From NCBI GenBank assembly GCA_013265495.1, contig MU060092.1:2046001-2110000 (forward strand): 64,000 bases of DNA, written 5' to 3'. Under the pieces are notes generated by a model, which saw only the letters and a list, made by a program, of their open reading frames with translations, was not told the origin of the DNA and did not search any database. The translations under genes and the position numbers were made by a program. Below, piece after piece: positions 12,091-24,849 of the stretch (positions are counted from its first letter, which is position 1; every line of letters starts with the position of its first letter). The stretch is from Vicugna vicugna. Taxonomy: Eukaryota.

Positions 12091-13149
12091 TTTTCAAAAC
12101 TTCGAGCACCAGAATTCTTTCTTAAGACAAATGGTAATGCAGAGGTGCTCAGTGTATAAAGATGCTCCAATAGATGAGGGAGGGCCTCCCCGTCCTGCAT
12201 CCCACCTGACTGACCTCTCTTCTCCCCGTCCTGGCGCCCTTTGGGGTGGCTGGGACACAGCTTGAAACCCCTTGACCTGAGTGAGTTTTAAATCCTCATG
12301 AGCTCCCAAGCTGTATTTCTCTCGTCGCCAAGTTCTTGCCGCCAGTAGCCCAACTACCATCCTCGGATGCTCTGCTGCTTTAAATAGTCCAGATCTACGA
12401 GAGATAAACTTTCATGACAAAAACCCACAATGGTCACTTCACTTAAGGTGACCACACATGACTTCAGGAGGTCCCCTCACCCCCCGGCACTGGGGCGTGA
12501 GTAAGAGACAACCCACAGAGATGACCCATTTCGCGGGAAGATACCGTCGAGCAGGGAGACTGGACAAACGACACAAGGTCTGCAGTGACAACCCAGACCT
12601 CCCAGCACACCCAGAGCACTTCTCAAATACAGGGCTCCCGCCCCTGCTGCCAGGCACTGGCAGAGAGACTGCAGAGACGAAGATGGGTCCTCAGAGGAAG
12701 TCACTCCACCGGGAGGCACTCAGTGCCGAGCGTGAGTGACTTCGAGGGAGAACCCAGTGGCTGCAGGCAGGGCAGACTGAGCGCCATCCCGAGGCCCAGA
12801 GCCTCAAACCCACCGCTCCTGGGTGGGGAGGGGCCCCTTTAACGTCCATCCCAAGGGCATGGCACACAGACAAGTGCTTCCAAACTCTGGGGGGTTCATG
12901 AATCCCTGCAGAGTCCCCACAGATTCCAGAGCCCTCGGTCAGGAAAGCAGTTTCAGGAAGGGTCTGCTGGCTCCGCAGACTGTTCCACCAGGCAGATCAG
13001 TTCCCACAGGGTCTGGTGAGGAGAGGTGGTAACTCGTCCCTTCCATCAACAGGCACTGAGTTCCCGCCATGTGTCCTGAAATGCACCAGGAATTAAGCAA
13101 CAAACAAGACAAATGGTCCCTGCAAAGCCACCAAGTCCAACAGACACTT

Positions 13150-14450
13150 AACAGCCCTCATGTCAGGGAACTTTTCAGCATTTGACACAACTGACCACCC
13201 CGTTCATGGATCTCTGGTTTCCCATGGGTTTTATAGAAAAAAACTCATTTTCCCGCCTGCCTCCCAGGCCCTGCTTCCGGCCCCTTTTAGCCTTATCCTC
13301 CTCTGCTCGGCTCAAGATTCCATCCTAGCATCCTGAGCACTCTCTTCCTCTTCACCTGGGGTCCCCAGGCCCCTTGGTGGTCAGTGAACTTGGCCTCTTT
13401 ATTTTCACTCTCCTCTTCCTGAAATTTTGCAATCTCTTCAATTATGAATGCAAACAACAAACCACAGCAGTATTAGCAGGATCTGTGACACTGTCCTCAA
13501 TAAAAATCCCAGGGACCTCCATCCTACTCAACACTTAGTGCAGAGGTCTCAAAATCTACATTCAGCATGACTTTGAAATGATAGCAATTGTTAGAACTGC
13601 CACTGGGTATTGCTATTTAGTGAGTTAATAAAGAAGCATACACACTTCAATATCACAAATTTCTTTTTAGTATATTGATAACTGTATTTCAGCGAAATTG
13701 GTTTCCGCTGTTATTGTATACAGTTTATCTCACACATTTAAAATCACAGGCATTCCCACGTGGCCAAAGGAATCCAAGGCACACAAAAAACGAAGAGCTG
13801 TCACCCGAGGGGGTCTTCCCTATGACGGTGGATTCAGTTATCACCAAATCACATACATCTTCGACTCAGACCCCTCCTCTGAACTCTAGACCTAGAAACC
13901 TGTCTACTCAAGAACAACCTTTGAGTATCTTCAAGTTTCTCCAAACTCAACATGTTCAAGGCCAATTCATGGTAGCTCCCAACCCAGCAGAGAACTCCCT
14001 AGCTCCCCAGCCTTGTGCTGTACTGACATCTGGCCCCTCTCTCTCTGCCCTCCAGCCCCTGTTTTAAGTCCTTGGTACCCCATGTTCTTCCTCCTGCCAG
14101 AAATCTGGTCACAGCTGCCTCACTCCACCACCTCCACCCTCAGCCTCTGCCTAGTCAACATTTACTTTCCACATCTCAGCTCTCAGCAAAGCCCTCCCTG
14201 ACCTCCTACTTGTCAAACTGCCCCAGTAGAGGGGCTCACAGTACAACGTCACCCTCCTTTGTAGAAGTATCTCTGCTGTAATTTTATTTTTCTTTTGGTA
14301 ATTATGTCCTAATGTCAGTGTCCCACCTGATTATAAATTCCCTGAGGAGAGGAACTGGGTTTATTTTTATCACCACCGTATCCCCAGCACCTTAGCACAA
14401 TGCCTAGCACATAACTGGCATCTGATAAACATTTGTTAGATGAATGAGTT
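13150..14450 (+). mobile_element. L2 LINE (RT end to 3' tail), interrupted by a hAT-Charlie relic at ~13540-13800
   Basis: gcatttgacacaactgaccac; ctccaaactcaacatgttcaag; terminal cctagcacataactggcatctgataaacatttgttagatgaatga. The insert has Charlie-like ends (cagaggtctcaaa ... ggcacacaaaaaacgaagagctg). Confidence 0.65.
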
Positions 14451-14885
14451 AATTAATTCATTAAAGTCCATGGAGTCCACAGTCTAGGAGACAGATATTA
14501 CACAAACATTCAAAGTAATAATTAATTCCAACTCTTCTAAGAGCTACTGAGAAAAGAATGACATGCACTGGGAACTTAGAACTAGAGAATCTGACATCGT
14601 TAGCCCAGTTTTGTCAATGAAGATTTTCCCAAAGAAGCAACATTTGATCTGAGACCTGAAAGATGAGGACAAGCTGTCTAGCTGAATGAAGGAACAGAAT
14701 TTAGGCAAAAGGATCAGCATGTGCATAGTCTCTGGTGTGGAAAGAATTTGACAAGGTAGGGGACTGAAAGGAGGACTTTGGGGCTGGAATGCCAAGAAGG
14801 AGAGGGCAAGGAGTAGGTAAGACTGGAGAGGAAGCCGGGGACCAAATCACAAAGAACTATATAGGCCAGGGTAAGGGTTTGGGGC

Positions 14886-16141
14886 TGTGGTCAGTTGCAA
14901 AAATGGCTACAATTATTCTCCTACCTGGATTTAGCCCCTTTGCAATGTGATTTTGCAGCTCCTTCCATCAAGAAGTGGAATCCAGTTCCCCATCCTTTGA
15001 AGTTGAGCTGGATTTTTCTCTTGTATGAGCCCAAAGAATGCAGAGGAAGTGGTGTCCCCATTCTGAGCCTGGGCTTCTAAGTGCCTTTCAGCTTCTCCTC
15101 TCTCTTTCTCTTAGAAAATATATATTCCCATATATATTTNNNNNNNNNNNNNNNNNNNNNNNNNNNNNNNNNNNNNNNNNNNNNNNNNNNNNNNNNNNNN
15201 NNNNNNNNNNNNNNNNNNNNNNNNNNNNNNNNNNNNNNNNNNNNNNNNNNNNNNNNNNNNNNNNNNNNNNGTACACAATCTAGAGAAAATGGATAATTTG
15301 AAAAGNNNNNNNNNNNNNNNNNNNNNNNNNNNNNNNNNNNNNNNNNNNNNNNNNNNNNNNNNNNNNNNNNNNNNNNNNNNNNNNNNNNNNNNNNNNNNNN
15401 NNNNNNNNNNNNNNNNNNNNNNNNNNNNNNNNNNNNNNNNNNNNNNNNNNNTGCCATTTGCAGCAACACAGATAGACCTAGAAATGATCATACTAAGTGA
15501 AGTAAGTCAGATAAAGACAAATCTCATATGATATCACTTATAGGTGGAATCTGAAAAAATGATACAAATGAACTTATCTACAAACTGGAAGTAGACTCAC
15601 AGACATAGAAAATGAACTGTGATTACCAAAGAGGGAAAGGGGGAAAGAGAGGGACAAATTAGGAATTTGGGGTTAACATATACACACTACTATATATAAA
15701 ATAGATAAACAACAAGGACCTACTGTACAGTACAGGGAACTATATTCAATATCTTGCAATAACCCATAATGGAAAAGAATCTGGAAAAAAAATATATATA
15801 TATACTGAATCACTATGCTGTACACCAGAAACTAACACAACATTGTAAATCAACCATACATCAATAAAATAAATAAAGTTTTTAAAAAATAACACTTCCC
15901 AGATCCTGGAGCATGGGAGAGTACGTGGAGCAAAGTCCAGCCATCCAAGCTGTCCCTCCCTCCTAGCCCAGCCAGCTCCCGGCTGCCCCGCCAGCTAACC
16001 CCAGATTCACAGGTGAGCCCAGACAAGCCCAGAAGAACCACCCAGGTGAGCCCAGACCAGGTCACCAAGCGTAAGCCACAAATGCCTCTCAGTTTAGGCC
16101 ACTGTGTTTGGCATAATTTGTTAGCAAAGTCAGCTGATACC
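14886..16141 (+). mobile_element. MLT1 (MaLR, F/G/H-like) solo LTR, interrupted by a younger L1 and N gaps
   Basis: 5' half tgtggtcagttgcaaaaatggctac..ccctttgcaatgtgattttgcagctcc; 3' half gaaccacccaggtgagcccag..tttaggccactgtgtttggcataatttgttagcaaagtcagctgata. Confidence 0.75.
15452..15892 (+). mobile_element. Cetartiodactyl/camelid L1 3' end with A-rich tail
   Basis: tgccatttgcagcaacac..tactaagtgaagtaagtcag...aacaaggacctactgtacagtacagggaactatattcaa...gaatcactatgctgtacaccagaaactaacacaacattgtaaatcaac. Confidence 0.92.
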
Positions 16142-16642
16142 ACACCCTTATCCTGAGACCCATGGGAAATCTTTGAGGGGATTTAATAGCTGAGTAACAG
16201 GGTGAGACGTGCCTTTGCAAAAAAAACCCCTCTGCCTGCTGTGTAAACACTGTGGGGAGAAGGGGCAGGACTAGCTCAGAGACCAGTTGGTGGGTACTGC
16301 TGTCACCCACGGGGAGGTGATGCCTGCCTGGAGGAGGAGGCGGCAGTGATGTGATGAGAAGTGGATGCACATGGCAGCTCTTCAGGAAGTGATAGCAACA
16401 GGGCTTGGTGACTGACTGAGATCCAGTGCCGGAGGGAATGAGGCTCCTTTTCCTCCTCCATTTCTGCTTGAGCAACTGGGAAGACAACTGTNNNNNNNNN
16501 NNNNNNNNNNNNNNNNNNNNNNNNNNNNNNNNNNNNNNNNNNNNNNNNNNNNNNNNNNNNNNNNNNNNNNNNNNNNNNNNNNNNNNNNNNNNNNNNNNNN
16601 NNNNNNNNNNNNNNNNNNNNNNNNNNNNNNNNNNNNNNNNNN

Positions 16643-16940
16643 AATCTGCAGTGTGAGCAGGCAAGCTTGAGACCCAGGAGAGCCCATGGTGCAGATTAAG
16701 TCCAAAAACAAACTGCTGGAGAATTTTCTTTCACTTGGGGAAGGGTCCATCTTTTTGTTCTACTCAGACCTTCAGCTTGCTCAGTGGGGCCCACCTACAG
16801 GGAGGGCAATCTGTGTTACTCTACCAATTAAAATGTTAGTATCATCCAAAAACACCCTTGCAGAAACATCCGGGATGTTTAAACAAACATCTGGGCAGCC
16901 TGTGGCCCAGTCACACTGGCACATAAAATTAACCATCACA
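16643..16940 (-). mobile_element. MLT2 (ERVL) LTR, running into an N gap
   Basis: Ends ...ggcacataaaattaaccatcaca, the reverse complement of the MLT2 start TGTGATGGTTAATTTTATGTG. Confidence 0.85.
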
Positions 16941-17482
16941 CTGATCGCACTGGTGCTGCCGGTGATGGAGACACAGAGACAGGGAGGAGCAGGCTCGTGG
17001 GCTGAGGCGCCAGCTCAGGAAGCACAAGTCTCAATGGACAGAGGGCACTGGGGACCAAGCCATCCAGGGACAACCTGAGCAGTGAGGGTGGTTCCTTCCC
17101 CCAGGGCAGTCATCTGATCGTTACATCGTGATGTGATCATGATGTGACCACACAGCCTCTGAATAGACCACAGAGAAGTAAATGGCACCGCCCCAACCCC
17201 GAAAGATCTTGCCAGTCCAATGAGAGAAAAAATATAAAATTCAAGGCGCCTGGACTCCAGCTGGACTGATGGAGGAGACCCTGGGGCTGCCCTTCCAAAG
17301 CAGGCTCCTGCTGCAGCCGTGGGGCCTTGCAGCCGGCAGTCCCCTCTCCCCGACTGCCCCACCGCATGGCCTGCCGGCCTATGTGCTGTGCACAAGGTGC
17401 TCCAGGGTCCGGGGCCCATCTGCCTGCCTCTGCAGACGCCCCTTTCCTCACTCCGCCGTCCCAGGAAAGGACGCCAGGAAAT

Positions 17483-17940
17483 GGACAGTGGTTAAGAGCA
17501 CGGGTTTCACCTTAAGGCTGCCTGGGAGCAAATCTTCCCCTGCTGGTTACCAGCTTCTCTCCCAGGGCAAGTGACTTAACCATCCACCGGAGTCCTCATC
17601 TGGCAGGTGGGGATAAAACATGGTGGACCTGCATGTGTTGAGAATTAACTGAAATAATGCTTAGGGCAGCGCCTGGCATGTGGTGAGAACACGATGAGTG
17701 TTAACCAGTGTCCCAAGATTCTTGCTGTCGTCATCATCAACACTACGGGCTTTAAGTCCAACCAGCCTGGTCCACCCCTTATTAACTACTGATCAGCAGT
17801 GAATCTTGGCTGTATCACTTAACCTTCCTGGCCCCAGTCCCTGAACTGTGAGATGGGACCATGGTTCTTCCCTCTCAGAGATACTGTGAGGACGGAAAGA
17901 GCAGATAAAACACTTCAAATGTTCCCTGGCACTTGGCAAG
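17483..17940 (+). mobile_element. Two adjacent MIR copies (~17483-17705 and ~17745-17940)
   Basis: cagtggttaagagcacggg..ctgcctggg..gggcaagtgacttaacc..; the second has cttggctgtatcacttaaccttcctggcccc..ctgtgagatggg. Confidence 0.7.
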
Positions 17941-20900
17941 CAAGCAGTACCCCTTCACCCGGAGTAGCACGGCCATATGGTAGATCTCAAAGTGTGCCAT
18001 GCTGTTTGGAGCCTCTGTGACTTTTCTGTTTGGAACGCCCTTGTCCACCTGCCAAGCATTATTCCCCTAGGAGTTTCCCAGATACCTGCCCCCAGCCCAA
18101 CCAGCCTCTCCTGGATACACCTGCCGTCAGGGACATGCCTCTATCATTGCCCGTGTGTCTTCACTTTGAAGGTACCTGCCTACCTGTCTGATCTCCACAA
18201 GTGTGCTGCACACGCCTCCAGAGCCCAGCACAGGGCCTGGAATGCAGCAGAAATCCCGTAAATGCTGGTCACACTGAACCAACCCAGTGCAAGGACATCC
18301 CAGACTCAGAGGAGGTCTACAGCTGAAGGAACACAGCCCCTCAGACCCGGGGTCTCTGAGAAAGCGGGGGAGACACTGAGACTTCAGGGAGGCAGCCTCT
18401 GTCCCCTGTCCTCTCCCTCCCACCCCACCTACCCTCTTTCCTCCAACCTCCCGAGGAGCCCTCCCCAAGAGAGCAAGAGGGATGCCATAAAGAAGCGAGA
18501 GTCCCTGCAGACAAGGAAATGCCTGTGGGTCTTCTCTCCTGCTAAGTGGCCTGAGTTTGCAGGTTTCCTGAGGCTCCAGGCTAGTCCTTAATGAGCTGGC
18601 AAGAAAAGATTCCTCAGCCCAGTTTGCTGCTTCTGCCAGAGTCCAAAAATGCTAAATGGCGTCTCTCTGCTCCAAAAGGCAGGAGGGTCGCGCTGGGCCT
18701 GCTGCATTAGATAACACGCCAGCAGGCTGGGACTCGAGTGAACCTGAGCGCACCTTCCCGCCACCTGCACTCCCGGTAATTGGCCAGGGCTGGCCCAGCG
18801 GGCCCTGTCTCCTGGCGCTAATGGCCTCGCAGCCTGGCCCTGCCGACGGCTCCGTGCCCTTGACCCAGAGCTGTCTGCAGAGGGTCTGCTGGCTCCCTTC
18901 CACCATTAATTCAAAGCTCCTCATGTCCACACAGACCCCGGGAGGTGGGCCTGGAAGCTGCAGCCTTCCCACCAGGAGCCACCCTCCTGTCCTGGTCCCT
19001 GTCTCATCAGAACTGCCGTGTGTGTGGGAGGGAGCGAGGGCCAGGCGGCGGTGAGCAGAGAGATGTTCGCTATTTTCTTTTGAAACCACACACACAACTG
19101 CTCATTCACTCCTTTATTCTTTGGGAATTCACTGAGCACCCACTCTACGCCAGGCTCTGTAATAGGTGCGAGGCTCCCAGTGGTGAGCAAAGCAAACGTG
19201 AGCCCTGTCCTCTCTCCCTGGGTCCGCAGGGATCACAAAGACGAAACATGCTTCTGCTCTGCACAGCTGCTGTGGGGTTCAGAGGGGCAGCCTGTGTCCT
19301 GCGCTGTAGGACATGGAGCCCAAACTGAGTCCAGGGCTGGGGGTTAACCACCTCCAGAGACGCTTAAAAAGCATTTAATGAAATTATGTACATTCTTAGG
19401 CTGATTTCACTCTTAATAAAAAGAGGAAATATTTTACAGATTATCTTATAAATCTTTAGAAACAGTTGTCCCCAGGTTTCATACTTTCCTTCTACAGTAA
19501 TTGAACGCCTGAATATTCGCTGGGGACTTGGCTACCTAGAATAAAACCACACTCTCCCGGTGAGGTGTGACTCTGTAACTAAGTTCCACACGGTGGGATA
19601 TAAGCAGACGTGGTCTGAGCATCTTCCTAGACACAGACTTACAGGAAAAGGAAATGTCCACTGCATTCCCTTCCCTCCTTCCTGCTGTTGGAAAAGTGCT
19701 CCAGGATCCCGGTGAGGAAGCAGCTATCTTGGACCACAAGTGGAAAAGGGACTTTGAAGATGACAGAGCAACAACAATTCATCTGAATTTAAACAGAATT
19801 TGGCACCCGCAGGCGGGGAGCCTCAGGTAACAAAGCAGAAATGTGACACTGTCCAAGAGGGGCTGGCAGGACAGCAGGTGCAGGGTGCAGACGTGGCATT
19901 TCAGTACATCTGAGGTGCACGTTCCTGCCCATTTTAACAATTCGTTCTTTAAATATATAATCATCTTTATTATAATTTATGAATACATTAGGAACTGACA
20001 TGGATCTCTTTAATGGGACGTCTAGGTTCTCATGGGCATCTGCTTTCCACTCACTGTTAGAAAATCCAGTTTTAGAAAAGACCTTCAGGATGGTTTAAAA
20101 AAAAAGGCCAAGTATATCCTAGTGTCATTATGACAAGTTTCCAGCTCACAGGAGACCTGGAAGGGTCTGCGGGCCTCCCAGCACTGTCCTAACTGACCTG
20201 CCCACACTCGTGTCGCCTGGAATTCCTTAGAAATTTCAGTGGGCCCCTTGGCCACAGAACATGCTATCACTCTGCCGGTTTTTAAGGTGCGGTTCTAGGG
20301 TCAAGCACTGTGCCCAAACATTTTCAAGCTGCCCAGGCTTATCTTCCAAAAATAGTGTATCACTCACTTTACCAATGCTCCCTGCCAAATAAAGGACCCC
20401 AAAACACCAAGCGTTAACTGCAAAGTTAGGCTCCTCTTCTCTCCCCAAATCAAGTTATCCTGAATCCCGAAGGAACGCAAGCACTAACAACCTAGGGTTC
20501 TTTCCCAAAAAGCCCCATTGTAACAATTCTGAAATTGATTTTCAACTTACAATTGAGGGCACATTACAGTCGCCATGGGCCATTTTTTACATTTTAACAT
20601 TGTTGAGTAAGAGACATCCAGCCGTCACTTTCTCACATAAAATACGGTCTCTCAGGCTGGTGATCTGGTGACTCATCATTCCATACAAAGCTCGCAGTTA
20701 AACCATCACTGGTGATGTCTTGGAAGACAGACAGCCTGTCAGTGGAGGTGAAGCATTGTGGAAATTTCCAAACTTGGATGAGCTTTAGCTGCTTTTTTCC
20801 CCCTACCCAACATGACAAGAGAGGTTAACTCAATCTAGAGCCAGTCACAGAGATGGAAGGGGACATAACTCTGCTCAGAGAGGTACTTCCTTTCTGTGGC

Positions 20901-21770
20901 CAGCAGTCAAAATTGACCGGGAGTCCAGGGCTTTTAAAGACTTGAAGAATAAAAGACAAGGAAGAAACTTTCCCCCAGGCAAAGCTGGGAATTTCAGGGA
21001 AAGTGAATTCTTCCCAGAGAGCAGAAAGAGGTGGTCCAAATGGACTAACCATGAAATGTGTTCTACAGCCAGAAAAGGGAAGGTTTGCCAGAGCCAGCGT
21101 CATCTCTGCCATGGACCAATGTCGAGAGTATTTCCTGTTTTCCCTTTTCAACATGGAGCTCCTGTTGTGATTATCCCGCGTCTCCTGAGTCATATCAGCC
21201 ATGCTGTGATTAGATCATTTTCCTTTCAGCTTCAAGACCACCAAACCAAAGGAAGACTGTCTAGACCCGATGGACAGGACTGTGCGTCACCCTGAGATCC
21301 TGGCCCTTCAGCCAGATAGAAACCCAAATGGGACTCTGTCCCCTTTAGGGGATGAGGAAGTTCTACACAGGGAAAAGGCACACACAGATGCTTGGCTAGA
21401 GGAAGGAACTGGCTCTACCAGAGGCTGCTAATGATGAATGCTTCCCTAATGTAATAGACATGTCTCCCTCAGTTTCTTAAACCAGCCTCATGTTTATTGG
21501 GAAGACACAAGAAGCACTCCCGTGAGAGCCAGCAATAAACAAGAATGTCCACTGTCACCCTTTTTAGTTAACATGGTGCTGGAAATAGTAAACAGTGCAA
21601 TCAAACATAAACAGAACTGTAAAATACAAAGAGATTTAAAAGTGGAGGCAAACTTATCAGTATCAGTCATTGGTACGATTATCAGCGAATAAAAGTCCGA
21701 GAGAAAATCTACTGCAAACAGTACAAATTTTTGTAGGTTGGATGGATACAAAATTAATATAAAGAATTTA

Positions 21771-22006
21771 GGGTGGGAAGGGATAAATTGGGAGTTAGAG
21801 ATTTGCAGAGACTAACTGATACATATAGACAGATAAACAACAAGTTTATACTGTATAGCACAGGGAACTATATTCGATATCTTGTAACTTATGGTGAAAA
21901 AGAATATGAAAATGAATATATATATATATATGTTCATGTGTGACTGAAGCACTGTGCTGTGCACCAGGAATTGACACAACATTGTAAACTGACTATACTT
22001 TAATTT
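21771..22006 (+). mobile_element. Young camelid-type L1 3' end (5'-truncated)
   Basis: gggataaattgggagttagagatttgcagagactaactgatacatatagacagataaacaacaag...gacacaacattgtaaactgactatactt; candidate TSD gaattta. Confidence 0.9.

Positions 22007-22048
<42 letters not shown>
22007..22048. repeat. Compound microsatellite (TA)11(CA)10 at the L1 tail
   Basis: Read directly from the sequence. Confidence 0.95.
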
Positions 22049-22049
<1 letters not shown>

Positions 22050-22315
22050 AGAAAAGAAAAACGAATTTAATAGCCAGTTAGAAGTTACCAAGGAAGAAAA
22101 TATCTCATTTGTAATAACCGAAAAGGATAAATTATACAGAAATAACCTAAGATGTGCAAAATTGATGTGAATAAAATTTAAATTACCCCTGAGGGATGCA
22201 CACAAAAAAGGGACGTGCAGTAATAGGAAGATGTACCATATTCTTAAATAGGAAATCCCTCATATGTAAAAACAAAATAAAATAAGCAAACTTTTTAAAG
22301 AAAAGTCTCTTTTTT

Positions 22316-22446
22316 AATTAATAATTAATTTTTTTGTTGGAGGTGGTAATTAGTTTTTTTTATTTTTTAGTAGAGGCAGTGGGGTTCGAACCCAGAACCT
22401 CGTGCATGCTAGGCATGCACTCTACCACTGAGCTATACCCTCACCC
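22316..22446 (-). mobile_element. tRNA-Ala-derived camelid SINE (Vic-1-type)
   Basis: ggggttcgaacccagaacctcgtgcatgctaggcatgcactctaccactgagctataccctcaccc; imperfect TSD aaagtctc..tttt. Confidence 0.92.
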
Positions 22447-22734
22447 ACTAAGGAAAGTCTCCTTTTAAAAGCAGTGTGAGAAGACTGCCAGATATTAAAG
22501 TATGTTATAATACTATAGTAATTAGCTAATATGGTGCTGGCACAAGAAAGGACAGATAGATGAAAGGAACAGAATTTAAAGCCCCCCAAAATATCTATGA
22601 ATAAATGTGTGTATAAATAGATAAACATTTAACATATGATAAAGATGTTATTTTGAACCAGTAAGAAAAAGATTTTTTTCAACAAAATAACATTAGGAAA
22701 ACTAAATAACCAGATAGCAAGGTTGCCACTTTGC

Positions 22735-23010
22735 AAATATTTTTTTTCCTAATTTGCTAGGTTTTTTCACTTTGCATATGGTGTTTTTTTTGCAATACAG
22801 GTGTTTCTTACGTCTGTTTTTGTTTTATGTCATCAAATGCATTGATCTCTTTTACTATGACTTCTGGGAACGTCTTGCCCATTCTGAGAGTAAAACGATG
22901 TTCACATTTTCTACTGATACTTTATGACTTGATTTTTTAAATACTTAAACCTTTGATCCATCGAGACCTTATCTTGATGTAAGATGGGAAGTGAGGCCAA
23001 GTTTATTCCT
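22735..23010 (-). mobile_element. Old L1 (L1ME-like) ORF2 fragment
   Basis: tttcactttgcatatggtg...catttt ctactgatactttatg..aaacctttgatccatcgagaccttatcttgatgtaagatg. Confidence 0.55.
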
Positions 23011-23764
23011 TCTGGTGTTATTTCTCAGAGAACCAAGGTGTGATCAGAAAAGAAAAGGGTTTCTTCCTCTGCTTCTAAGACAGGAACCTACTCCCAACTG
23101 CAGGGAATCAAACAGCCTGCACTGGTCAAATCCACGTCCTTAGTGCCCATCGTGAGGTCCTTGCAATACAACGTGTGTTCATCAGTGGCCTTGCACTGCC
23201 TCCAAAGGCAGGCTGAAGGCACTTAGGATCTTGCCTGCTTTGCAGCCCAGTCTCCCTCTGCCTTGCTCCCTGCCCCAGGGCACCCTCATTATCTGGATGA
23301 AATGCCTCGGGCTAACTGGGATGCACTTTTTACCACATTCGTTGTCTGGCAAACTCATTTTTCACATCTAAACCCAGCCACTACCCCTGGGCTGCCTCAT
23401 CGTACACAACACACGCAGAGACACACACACTCACACAAGCAGAAACCACATTCCCCACTGTGCTGTCCACGGCTGTGTATCTTCCCTGCTGGGCTCCAAA
23501 CAAATGTGTCCCCGACCTCGTGCAGGGGGATGCTGAATAAATGATTCCTGAATGAGTGACCCTCTTCCAGCCCTGCTCCATTAGTAAGTATTTGTCTAAC
23601 ACCAAGAATAGTAAAATCATCGGGAAGAATGAGATGACAACAGCAGCGACACACGTAATGTCCTGAATAACGCTCACTATACACGCTTCATTCCCAACAG
23701 AGTGATATTCTGCCAGCCCCTCTGCTATACAACAGCATGGTAGCTTTTTTTGTTAAAAAAAAAA

Positions 23765-24195
23765 AAAAGAGCCAAATTATTTTTCTCCCTGTATCCATAC
23801 GTCTTTTCAGCTTGATTTTGCAGCATCTTCCACCTAGAGGTGGAGTCTATTTTTTTGTCCTTCAGGCTAACCTTGGGACTTCCTTTGGCCAATTAACCGT
23901 GGCAGAAAAGACACTGTGCCCTTCCAAGTCTAGGCCTTGGGATTCCTCACATGTTTTTTGCTTGTTTTCTTGGAACTCCATCCAGCTATGTGAAAAGCTC
24001 CATCTAGTCATCGGGAAGACGAAATACATACGGCCAAGTCACCTCCCTCACACCAGGTGACCCTGCAACACGCAGAAGCAGGCTGTCTGACCAGCAGCAG
24101 ACCACAGGTTCAGGACTGACCCCGATCCAGACCAGTAGAACCACCCACCTGACCCCAGCACAGATCGCAATGAGATGTCAGTTGTTAAATATTTT
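23765..24195 (+). mobile_element. MLT1 (MaLR) solo LTR
   Basis: ctccctgtatccatacg..gattttgcagcatcttccacctagaggtggagtctatttt...tttggccaat...agaaccacccacctgaccccagc. Confidence 0.7.
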
Positions 24196-24849
24196 TTAAA
24201 TAACCCCTGATCAAAGGAGAATGGCTAAGTGAGCTATAGCATGTCAGAATATGACAGTCACTAAAAATAGCCATGTGAACGGTCAGTCCATAAAACTCTG
24301 TCTATAAAACAAAATGGTAAATGGAAAAAAACAGATCACTACCAATTGGTATGCACCCATTGTAATAACATCAAATGCCTAGGTGCACAATGATAAAAAT
24401 GAGAATTGAAATTATAGTCCCAAGAGCTTGGTGTTTTTGTTCTCTGTGATCATTTAATTTTAGTGTATAATAAGAAAAAACAACTCTAATCTTTTAGAGT
24501 AGAATGCATTTGGAAACTTGTCTTCTTGGAATTGAGATATCTCAGAGCAAAGTCCTAATGCTGAGTATAACGCATTAAGAAAAAATATTTAGTCTCCTAT
24601 ACACAAAATATCCTACATGTCTATTTATATTTCTAACCTATTTTTAAAAACTAAAAATTTGCAAAATGAAAATTGACGGGGTTTAGAACTGGTCATGCTC
24701 ATTTAAGAATTCATTCATTCCCTTATGGGCAACTTTATGCCATCAGCTTCTCCCCCTAATCCAACATGGACGAGAGGCCTGTTTTTGCCAAATCAGCCCC
24801 CCAAATTCTTGCAATGCAAAATCTAGAGGATAAGCACACCAGACCTTAC

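Larger units (their letters stand above)
14460..16430 (-). mobile_element. L2 relic (14460-14885 and ~16150-16430), split by an MLT1 LTR
   Basis: gagtccacagtctaggagacag...tttgatctgagacctgaaagatgagg...cagcatgtgca; resumes tgtaaacactgtggggag...ggcagtgatgtgatgagaagtggatg. Confidence 0.6.
21485..22720 (+). mobile_element. Old L1 ORF2 relic hosting a younger L1 3' end and a SINE
   Basis: RT-region-like aacaagaatgtccactgtcacc..aacatggtgctggaaa..; continues after the inserts (ggtgctggcacaagaaaggacagatagatgaaaggaacagaat). Confidence 0.72.

Noticed and set aside
12431-12454. Inverted repeat tggtcac...gtgacca (ERE-like hairpin)
   Set aside because: The half-site spacing is 12 nt rather than 3, and a 7-9 bp stem is far too short for a pre-miRNA and is expected by chance.
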